From positions 31,610-63,609 of the forward strand of contig WRIS01000008.1 of NCBI GenBank assembly GCA_009782615.1: a DNA stretch of 32,000 bases, read 5' to 3'. Shown in pieces: positions 1 through 6,137 of the stretch (the stretch's first letter is position 1; each line of letters starts with the position of its first letter). Position numbers and translations under genes: made by a program. Origin of the DNA: Eggerthellaceae bacterium. GTDB taxonomy: Bacteria > Actinomycetota > Coriobacteriia > Coriobacteriales > Eggerthellaceae. Under the pieces are notes generated by a model that saw nothing but the letters and a program-made list of their open reading frames with translations, was not told the DNA's origin and searched no databases.

Positions 1-1178
1 TCCAGCCGTGCAAGTTGTTCGTTTACTTCTTCGGCAAAGCGGGGAGCCGCTTTTTGCCGCGCTGCATCAAGCGTGGCTGCTGCAACGAAAAGCGCCTTTT
101 CGGCTTCATCAAGAGCCTTTTGAGCCACGCGAAGCTTTTCTTCGGAATCGTCTACCAGAGCGACTAACGCAGCCGCCTCTTCGCGTTTCGCTAACACATC
201 TTCCATCCGCGGCCCGAAACTGCGCATCAATCCTTGAAATGCAGCGACCCTTTCTTGATTAGCTTCAAGAATGTGTGGGTCAAATTCTATGGCATCACGA
301 TAATTGCGCGCTTCTCGCGAGACATCTTCAAGAAGAAAGCCAGCCTCACGAAGGCTGGTAGCCAATTCACCAAATTTTTCATCAACCGCTGGGGCGCCAT
401 CAAGAATCGCTACCGCTTTATGCACGGCATCAATCGCACCCTCTTCGGCGGAAAGCGCAGCATATACCGTTTCGGATGCGACAGCAAGCGCTTCGGCGTG
501 TTCCGCTTTCGAAAGCAGGGTGACTAGTTCATCGTATTCACCTTCTTGTGGATTGAGTGCATTTATGCGATTGAGCATAAAACGCGTCTCTTCCAACTTG
601 GCAGCAGAAGCCGAACTGGCATCTTGAATACGTTGCAATTCTGTGACAGCTTCTTCGGTTTGCTTGAAGGCAAGCCGATATGCTTCATATGCAGGGAAAA
701 CGTCTTCGCCCGCCCAAGCGTCAAGGAGCCCAACGTGCGTGTTCGTTTTGAGAAGTTGCTGATGTTCGTGTTGTCCACACAAGTCAACCAAAGGACCAAT
801 GACGCTTTGCAGCTCGCTCACACTTGCCATGGTTCCGTTGATTGACACACGCGAGCGCCCGTCAGCACTTACGCGGCGAGAAACAACGTGCTCTTCGGCG
901 GTGGTGTTGGTGGTGGTGTCGGTGGTGGTGTCGGTGGTGGTGTCGGTGGTGGTGGCGGCAGTGTCACTGCTGAAAAAGCGCCCCTCAACCAAAAGGTCTG
1001 TTTCGCCTTCGCGCACTGCTGTTGCATCCCCACGTTCGCCACACAAGAGTTTACACGCCGAAAGCAACGCCGTCTTTCCCGCGCCAGTTTCCCCAGTAAG
1101 CACGGTAAGCCCTGTTGAGGGCATAAGTACCGCATCGCGGATGAGTGCGACGTTTTTCACATGAATCTCGTCGATCAT
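1..1178 (-). CDS. recN: DNA repair protein RecN, N-terminal ~392 codons. The ORF runs off the left window edge and is not in the supplied ORF track.
   Basis: Manual translation of the minus strand from the ATG at 1178-1176 gives MIDEIHVKNVALIRDAVLMPSTGLTVLTGETGAGKTALLSACKLL. This contains a Walker A motif (GETGAGKT). Further on comes SINGTMASVSELQSVIGPLVDLCGQHEHQQLL, matching the RecN INGxxV...GQHxxQxLL signature, followed by a long coiled-coil-like segment. The frame has no stop down to position 1. The other two minus frames carry only short listed ORFs. Confidence 0.85.
   Translation of the reverse strand, partial: MIDEIHVKNVALIRDAVLMPSTGLTVLTGETGAGKTALLSACKLLCGERGDATAVREGETDLLVEGRFFSSDTAATTTDTTTDTTTDTTTNTTAEEHVVSRRVSADGRSRVSINGTMASVSELQSVIGPLVDLCGQHEHQQLLKTNTHVGLLDAWAGEDVFPAYEAYRLAFKQTEEAVTELQRIQDASSASAAKLEETRFMLNRINALNPQEGEYDELVTLLSKAEHAEALAVASETVYAALSAEEGAIDAVHKAVAILDGAPAVDEKFGELATSLREAGFLLEDVSREARNYRDAIEFDPHILEANQERVAAFQGLMRSFGPRMEDVLAKREEAAALVALVDDSEEKLRVAQKALDEAEKALFVAAATLDAARQKAAPRFAEEVNEQLARL
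897..956. repeat. In-frame 12-bp tandem repeat inside recN. Plus-strand unit is ggtggtggtgtc, with three perfect copies at 909-944 flanked by degenerate copies. It encodes a Thr/Asp tract.
   Basis: Read directly: ggcggtggtgtt ggtggtggtgtc ggtggtggtgtc ggtggtggtgtc ggtggtggtggc. The minus-strand translation is TAATTTDTTTDTTTDTTTNTTA, located inside the RecN N-terminal head domain. Confidence 0.9.
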
Positions 1179-1200
1179 CAGCTATCCTTTCGCGAGACAT

Positions 1201-1221
1201 CGAACGATTAACACGAGTTCG
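1201..1221. promoter_or_regulatory. Candidate operator 23-43 nt upstream of the recN start codon. CGAAC and GTTCG half-sites are separated by 11 nt, with an internal imperfect TTAAC-ACGA-GTTCG.
   Basis: The sequence is cgaacgattaacacgagttcg. The half-sites match the Gram-positive/actinobacterial LexA (Cheo) box arms, but the spacing is not the canonical N4. Confidence 0.25.
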
Positions 1222-1285
1222 CTCAATGATAACGCAAAAGAAAGGGTGCAGTGTCGGGGCTTTTCGTGCTGTGAGAAACATGCAA

Positions 1286-1373
1286 GGTTCGTGCACAATC
1301 CTTGCTAGATTCATGTACAATCACTGCACGATTTCTGTACAATCCCTGTGCAGTTCCTACAATCTCTAAGCAT
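1286..1373. repeat. Degenerate ~22-bp tandem array, 4 units, with the conserved core TGTACAATC (TACAAT).
   Basis: Units: ggttcgtgcacaatccttgcta / gattcatgtacaatcactgcac / gatttctgtacaatccctgtgca / gttcctacaatctctaagcat. The [t/c]acaatc cores start at 1294, 1316, 1338 and 1358, giving spacings of 22, 22 and 20 nt. A weaker fifth copy, ttgtacacc, lies at about 1396-1404. Confidence 0.8.
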
Positions 1374-1449
1374 GAACACTCCGCGCAGACACATCTTGTA
1401 CACCTCACACAAATTTTTTGGAAATCGCAAGCTCCTCGAGCAATCCCTA

Positions 1450-1472
1450 TGCTATAATCGTACATATGTTCG
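1450..1472 (+). promoter_or_regulatory. Extended -10 promoter element (TGcTATAAT, 1450-1458) directly abutted by the LexA/Cheo-like palindrome CGTACATATGTTCG (1459-1472).
   Basis: The sequence is tgctataatcgtacatatgttcg. It sits about 40-60 nt upstream of the DUF3795 start codon, whose RBS is GAGGAGG. The palindrome differs by one base from CGAAC-ATAT-GTTCG. Confidence 0.4.
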
Positions 1473-1510
1473 TAGAAAGAAACAGAACATACCGACTTGA
1501 GGAGGTTGTC

Positions 1511-1807
1511 ATGCACTTATCACCCTGTGGAATCAACTGCGACGAATGTTCAGACAAAGAAAAATGTGGAGGAAGCTGTCATGCCATAAAAGGCAAACCC
1601 TTCTATATCAAAGATTTTGGTTTTGAAGTGTGTGCTCTGTACGATTGCCCCGTCAATAAAAAGGGCTATCAAACTTGTGGCGAATGTCCCGAACTCCCCT
1701 GTCAAATCTTTTACGAGTGGAAAGACCCTTCCATGAGCGAAGAAGCGCATCTCCAGTCCGTTAAGGACAGGGTCGCGGCCTTAAAAGCTTCAGTAGAAAA
1801 AGGATAG
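1511..1807 (+). CDS. DUF3795-like cysteine-rich protein (98 aa).
   Basis: The ATG at 1511 is preceded by GAGGAGG with a 5-nt spacer. The product is MHLSPCGINCDECSDKEKCGGSCHAIKGKP...YQTCGECPELPCQIF, which has the C-x-x-C-rich pattern typical of DUF3795. The ORF-track start at 1418 adds 31 aa without an RBS. Confidence 0.75.
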   Translation: MHLSPCGINCDECSDKEKCGGSCHAIKGKPFYIKDFGFEVCALYDCPVNKKGYQTCGECPELPCQIFYEWKDPSMSEEAHLQSVKDRVAALKASVEKG

Positions 1808-1819
1808 TACTTACAACAC

Positions 1820-1851
1820 GTGCCCATGAAGAGTATTCTGTTCATGGGCAC
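1820..1851 (+). other. Perfect 11-bp stem-loop in the 70-nt spacer between the DUF3795 gene and the nitroreductase gene.
   Basis: The structure is gtgcccatgaa-gagtattctg-ttcatgggcac. No U-tract follows, so it is more likely an intercistronic processing, stability or partial-attenuation element than a full terminator. Confidence 0.4.
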
Positions 1852-1877
1852 TGAAACAACTGAAGAAGGAAGGCATT

Positions 1878-2612
1878 ATGAATCTTGTAGAAGCCATTGA
1901 AGTGCGTCGCTCCCGACGGGCATACCTTCCTATACCCCTTGACCCCGAAATTGTCGAAAAACTCAAGCAGTTAATTGCACTTTATTCGCAACAAACCGAA
2001 GGGCGTATCGAACTTGTGCTTGACAACGGAAGCGCCTTTGAGGGGCTCCGTAAAAGCTACGGCATGTTTTCGGGAGTCCGTCACTATATCGGGCTCATCG
2101 GTGACAAAAATAACCTTACTTCGGCTGAACAGCTTGGATACTACGGACAGCTTCTCACGCTTAATGCCACCGCGGAGGGCTTGGGAAGTTGCTGGGTAAG
2201 TGGCTCTTTTGATCGAAAGTCCTGCCCCTTTTCCTTGTCGAAAGAAGAATCCATCATAAGCACTATCGTCATCGGAAAAACCGCAGAACACGACAGCAAG
2301 AAAGAAAAGATGATACGTTCTATGGTTCACCGAAAGACAAAAACCGCCGAAGAAATGTTTGTTGCAAATTCATCTGCGCCCGACTGGTTCTTGCGCGGAA
2401 TGACGGCGGTACAAAAAGCGCCCTCGGCAGCCAACCGTCAACCAGTTACCTTTTCATATCAGGATAACAAAACGACTGCATGGGTTGAAAATCTTACCGA
2501 TGCCACCTATGCCATCGACCTTGGCATTGCCAAATACAACTTTGAGATTGGTGCAGGTGGTGGCACTTGGGGCTGGGGCAATCACGCCGAATTTGTTCAA
2601 GCGAATATATAG
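1878..2612 (+). CDS. Nitroreductase-family protein (244 aa).
   Basis: The N-terminus, AIEVRRSRRAYLPIPL, fits the nitroreductase RRSxRxF/Y motif. The fold-length region includes GLGSCWVSG. The RBS is gaaggaagg. Confidence 0.75.
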   Translation: MNLVEAIEVRRSRRAYLPIPLDPEIVEKLKQLIALYSQQTEGRIELVLDNGSAFEGLRKSYGMFSGVRHYIGLIGDKNNLTSAEQLGYYGQLLTLNATAEGLGSCWVSGSFDRKSCPFSLSKEESIISTIVIGKTAEHDSKKEKMIRSMVHRKTKTAEEMFVANSSAPDWFLRGMTAVQKAPSAANRQPVTFSYQDNKTTAWVENLTDATYAIDLGIAKYNFEIGAGGGTWGWGNHAEFVQANI

Positions 2613-2665
2613 CCCATTTTTCTCTTGCAGCAAAAAAGAAACTTATAGGTTTATAAGCCCCAACA

Positions 2666-2690
2666 GAGCGCCCGATAAACTCGGGCGCTC
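2666..2690. terminator. GC-rich 9-bp stem-loop between the convergent nitroreductase and anti-sigma genes.
   Basis: The structure is gagcgcccg-ataaact-cgggcgctc. An AT-rich hairpin, cttata-ggtt-tataag, lies just upstream. There are no clear U-tracts. Confidence 0.4.
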
Positions 2691-2730
2691 AATCATGTGC
2701 GGTGCTACCGGCCTACCAGCAAAGAGGTTT

Positions 2731-3693
2731 TTAAGCGGCAACCTCTATTCCGTAGACTGCATAGACATAGGGGTCGTCTCCTCGTGCCGGTTCGGGCAGC
2801 ACGGTGGAGCCAACACCTTCCTCAAATCGAACCTTCATCTTCCCTGTTTTGAGGATGAAGGCTTGTTTTGCGTAGGAGCCATCTGCATAATGCACCGTCA
2901 CCTTGATGGTTTGCCCGTCAAGCGCATCAAGGGATTGCTGCCAGGCTTTTCGCAAGTCTTGTTGCCACACTTCTTCCGAGGCAAGATCTTCCGGGGCAAG
3001 CCAAAACTCAAACTTCACTTCCGCTAAGTTGATTCCGCCATCTTCAGGAGCAGCCAAAATATCGCAGGCAGAACTCATGAGGCGAGTGGCGCCTACCGTA
3101 AAAGTAAGTTTATCTTGGCTGTATTCGGAAATGCTCTCAGGGTCATACGAACCTTTGAGCCTTGAGGTTATCGCCTCGAGAGCAGCTTCTCTTGCTTTAT
3201 CGTCAAAAGAATCCTCACTAGAAACGTACTCCTCTTCTGTGTAAATACCTATTTGTCCCCTGTCCAATTCGAGCTCAACCCGAACAATATCATCTCCTTC
3301 GATGCCAAACATGCACCCCGTAAACATTCCCGTTTCAACACCTGCTGAACCGCCCTGCAAGAGCCCGAACGCCACTAAGCCATCGCTGCTCACAAACTCA
3401 AAGCCTGATTCGGCGGCATAGGCAACAAGAGCAAACGGAGTCCCTCTCATTGAGCCTTGCTCGCTGTCTTGAGAATCAGCCGAGGGCGACAAAATCCCGC
3501 TGGTAAACGTAAGCGCAAATAAAGCGAGAACTGCTGCTGCAGCACCAAGAGATCCCCACACAACACGGACTCGTCGCGGCGATGGAGCCGCCTCTTGTGT
3601 AACCTCACGCACTTCCGCAAGCACCTTATCCTTCAAATAGGTAGGTGTTTCCACCTGATCCATCTTGTTCGTATACGCATTCATACGTGCCAT
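2731..3693 (-). CDS. Putative anti-sigma factor: a single-pass membrane protein with a ~250-aa extracytoplasmic domain.
   Basis: It lies immediately downstream of, and overlaps, the ECF sigma gene. It has a short N-terminal cytoplasmic segment, one hydrophobic helix (VWGSLGAAAAVLALFALTFTSGIL) and an acidic C-terminal domain. The ATG at 3693 has AGGAGG 8 nt upstream. The track start at 3702 is a GTG inside that RBS. Confidence 0.6.
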   Translation of the reverse strand: MARMNAYTNKMDQVETPTYLKDKVLAEVREVTQEAAPSPRRVRVVWGSLGAAAAVLALFALTFTSGILSPSADSQDSEQGSMRGTPFALVAYAAESGFEFVSSDGLVAFGLLQGGSAGVETGMFTGCMFGIEGDDIVRVELELDRGQIGIYTEEEYVSSEDSFDDKAREAALEAITSRLKGSYDPESISEYSQDKLTFTVGATRLMSSACDILAAPEDGGINLAEVKFEFWLAPEDLASEEVWQQDLRKAWQQSLDALDGQTIKVTVHYADGSYAKQAFILKTGKMKVRFEEGVGSTVLPEPARGDDPYVYAVYGIEVAA

Positions 3694-4204
3694 ATCCGAC
3701 ACCTCCTAACCATGATTTCAATCGCCCACGCGCTCGTTGCAAACGGGAACGTATAGTGGATGCTTCGACATCCGTAATCTTTGCGATTTCTTCGGTTGAA
3801 TAACCTTCGTAATAATATAGATGTACTACTGCCCGCATATCATCAGGCAAAGTATCCAAAGCCTGAGCTAAATCGCGCATCGCCTCTCGCGAAATGGCAC
3901 TTTCTTCGTATGCTGGTTCTTCGACTGCGTCAACACCGACGACTCTTCTTTTCCACGCGGATCGCGCCAAATCGTGACAACAGTTAAGCGTAACTCTTAG
4001 AAGCCACGCTTTGAGATGTTCTTCGCCATTGAAACTACTTTTGTTCTTTAAAAGACGGAGGAACACTTCTTGAAACACGTCTTCAGCATCTGCCTTCGAC
4101 GTGGTTTGCGCAAAAGCCAGCTTAAAGACAGAGCTGCCCCACTTGTCCATCGCATCTGCAATGAATGCTTCGTTTCGATAAACTTGTTGGGTATCCTTCA
4201 TCAT
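3626..4204 (-). CDS. ECF-type RNA polymerase sigma-70 family factor (192 aa).
   Basis: Region 2 reads DAEDVFQEVFLRLLKN...HLKAWLLRVTLNCCHDLAR. Region 4 reads DDMRAVVHLYYYEGYSTEEIAKITDVEASTIRSRLQRARGRLK. The ATG ATG at 4204 is preceded by GAGGAGG. Confidence 0.85.
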   Translation of the reverse strand: MMKDTQQVYRNEAFIADAMDKWGSSVFKLAFAQTTSKADAEDVFQEVFLRLLKNKSSFNGEEHLKAWLLRVTLNCCHDLARSAWKRRVVGVDAVEEPAYEESAISREAMRDLAQALDTLPDDMRAVVHLYYYEGYSTEEIAKITDVEASTIRSRLQRARGRLKSWLGGVGYGTYECVYEQDGSGGNTYLFEG

Positions 4205-4306
4205 GCTTTCACCTCCTCTACCTATAACACGGGTTGCAGGTGAAATCCGTCTCAATATTTTTGCGCCATCGAAATCACCAATAGTTTCTTCACATAGGCG
4301 CCCTCC

Positions 4307-4346
4307 TTGACAGAAGCAAATCCGCCTAGTAGTATTACCGTATTAC
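4307..4346 (+). promoter_or_regulatory. Sigma-70-like promoter TTGACA-N17-TAGTAT, with the direct repeat GTATTAC-c-GTATTAC overlapping the -10.
   Basis: ttgaca (4307-4312), then gaagcaaatccgcctag (17 nt), then tagtat (4330-4335). gtattac occurs at 4332-4338 and 4340-4346. The element is about 70 nt upstream of the DinJ-like antitoxin start. Confidence 0.4.
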
Positions 4347-4415
4347 AGCATGATTCTTACAGGCAGTCGAGTGCTTTTCGTTGCCATATGTTTTTGGAAA
4401 GGAAGTTGTATTCGT

Positions 4416-4733
4416 ATGGACAGCATCGTTACGGCACGAGTTCCCCTTGAGATAAAAGAACAAGCGAACGAAATGCTTGCAAGCATCGGAGCAACACCAA
4501 CACAGCTTATCAACGCAGCGTATGAGTATGTGCTCAATAATAAAAAGCTACCCGAAACGCTGGCACCTCCCAGCACTGCTCAGCACAAAACACTCTCTCA
4601 GGAACGAGTCCAAAAACTTCACCGCATCCTTGATCAAACAAGTTTCGCTGTTGCTGAAGAACACTGGCAAGGTAAAAGCTATAAGGAACTTCTTGCAGAA
4701 GGGAAAAAGGCTGATTATGAAGCTCTTACTTGA
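4416..4733 (+). CDS. RelB/DinJ-family (ribbon-helix-helix) antitoxin (105 aa).
   Basis: MDSIVTARVPLEIKEQANEMLASIGATPTQLINAAYEYVLNNKKLP follows the DinJ N-terminal pattern (xRIDxxLKxxAxxxxxxxGLTxSxAIxxFL). The RBS is ggaaaggaag. The gene overlaps the downstream PIN gene by 17 nt. Confidence 0.7.
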   Translation: MDSIVTARVPLEIKEQANEMLASIGATPTQLINAAYEYVLNNKKLPETLAPPSTAQHKTLSQERVQKLHRILDQTSFAVAEEHWQGKSYKELLAEGKKADYEALT

Positions 4734-5163
4734 TACCAACGTTCTTGTTGATTACTTTGGTCGAAGAAAGCCCTACCTACAAGATTGGTTAACGTTGCTG
4801 GTAATCCAAGATTTTGGAGACATTGAGCTTTGGGTATCCGCTAAATCATTTACCGACGTATTCTGTTTACTGCAAAAAGAAGTCGGGGGAAATCGCTTAC
4901 AGCAGATGTTTTTGGAAAGCTTTCAATTCCTTCGCGTTTGTTCGATTGGAGCCGTTGACTTTGAAGAAGCTACAAAAGCCGCATGGGACGATTTTGAAGA
5001 TTGCCTTGTTGCTGTTGCCGCAAAAAAGGTTGGGGCAGATTTTATTATCACCAGGGATTTGGTGGGCTTTTCAAAAGCATCTGTTCCTGCACTAAGTGGA
5101 CAACAATTCATCACCTGGTTGGAACAGGAAAAAGGCTTAACCTACGAACCCTTAGAACTCTAG
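4717..5163 (+). CDS. PIN-domain ribonuclease toxin, VapC-like (148 aa).
   Basis: The product starts MKLLLDTNVLVDY (first acidic PIN residue), has conserved acidic positions further on, and carries a C-terminal ADFIITRD motif. The track ORF 4477-5163 adds an 80-aa N-terminal extension that lies out of frame over the antitoxin gene. Confidence 0.8.
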   Translation: MKLLLDTNVLVDYFGRRKPYLQDWLTLLVIQDFGDIELWVSAKSFTDVFCLLQKEVGGNRLQQMFLESFQFLRVCSIGAVDFEEATKAAWDDFEDCLVAVAAKKVGADFIITRDLVGFSKASVPALSGQQFITWLEQEKGLTYEPLEL

Positions 5164-5201
5164 CGAATGGGCAACTCCACTAAGAAAGCTCGGCTGAGCC
5201 T

Positions 5202-5960
5202 TCACGAAACCACAGGGTCAATCCGCTTTGATTTTTTCATAGTGGTATTGCGATACTGGCTGGGGGTCATGCCTGTTTCGCGCTTGAACTGAATCACAAA
5301 ATGACTTTGAGAGCAAAACGATAGCTGGTTGCTGATAGAAGAACAAGTATCATCGGAACGTTCTAGTAAAAGCTTTGCTCTTGAAATCCTTTCTTTTCTA
5401 ATGTATTCAGTCAGGGTTAGGTCTGTACACCTTTTGAATAAGTGCTGTAAACCATTGAGAGAGTATCCACAAAATGCCGCCAATTCATGCAAATTAATCT
5501 TTTGACTTGCGTGTACGGTGATATAGCCGGCACATTTGTGCACAACTGAGTTTTCGCTAATATGGGTTTTTTTCTCCCGCACCTTTTCCGCAAACTCAAT
5601 GTGCATCATATGAAGAGCTTCAATTAGTTCAGAGACATCGGTCATCTCAAAAGATGCTTGAATGTACTTCCCGCTAATGAGATAGCCTTCCTCAAGAGGC
5701 AACCCTCCCTCCCACGCGCAGTGCATAAGCATACCTGAAACTAGTGTTAGTCCGATAGGGAAAGCTTGGTCGGCTCTTCTTTCAAAAAGCATATCGTATG
5801 CGGGTTTTTCAAGAGCTTCTCTTAGCAGTTCAACCGCGCCCTCACGTACACACGCTAGAGTTTCAGGGATGACTTCAAGGTAGCCGGACTCACCATCAAA
5901 ATCTCGGAATTGATCAAAAAGCTGGTCGACTTCAAGGGCATCAGAAAGAGAAGTTGTCAT
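5202..5960 (-). CDS. AraC-family transcriptional regulator (252 aa), divergent from the molybdoenzyme operon.
   Basis: The C-terminal double HTH reads INLHELAAFCGYSLNGLQHLFKRCTDLTLTEYIRKERISRAKLLLERSDDTCSSISNQLSFCSQSHFVIQFKRETGMTPSQYR. The ~150-aa N-terminal domain was not recognised. Confidence 0.85.
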   Translation of the reverse strand: MTTSLSDALEVDQLFDQFRDFDGESGYLEVIPETLACVREGAVELLREALEKPAYDMLFERRADQAFPIGLTLVSGMLMHCAWEGGLPLEEGYLISGKYIQASFEMTDVSELIEALHMMHIEFAEKVREKKTHISENSVVHKCAGYITVHASQKINLHELAAFCGYSLNGLQHLFKRCTDLTLTEYIRKERISRAKLLLERSDDTCSSISNQLSFCSQSHFVIQFKRETGMTPSQYRNTTMKKSKRIDPVVS

Positions 5961-5972
5961 TTTTGTCCCCTT

Positions 5973-6007
5973 TTGTGATAAATCTAGCAGAAATAGTATA
6001 TATCACA
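5973..6007 (+). promoter_or_regulatory. Possible promoter/operator in the AraC-fdhD divergent region: TTGTGA-N18-TATATA, embedded in the inverted repeat TGTGATA-N20-TATCACA.
   Basis: The sequence is ttgtgataaatctagcagaaatagtatatatcaca. The arms are at 5974-5980 and 6001-6007. Confidence 0.25.
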
Positions 6008-6137
6008 CAAATTTCGCTTGCTACACTTTGTCGTGTTTTTGAAGAAAGCAATACAAGAAACAAGGGACGCTTCATGGAGAGAGGATCGCTTTCCTTCTCT
6101 CCCATTCAAAAAACTTGAAGAATCTTAAGGGGGATAT

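Noticed and set aside
8-1164. Several plus-strand ORFs (8-262, 304-627, 546-845, 799-1164, 888-1118) and minus-strand ORFs (563-799, 869-1135) are listed in the track over the first 1.2 kb.
   Set aside because: They overlap one another and give low-complexity or non-protein-like translations. All lie within the continuous RecN reading frame on the minus strand, which explains the region fully.
4350-5163. The track start codons would give a 127-aa antitoxin (4350) and a 228-aa PIN protein (4477).
   Set aside because: The N-terminal extensions have no RBS. The 4477 extension runs out of frame across the antitoxin gene. The internal ATGs at 4416 and 4717 give family-typical N-termini (MDSIVTARV.., MKLLLDTN..).
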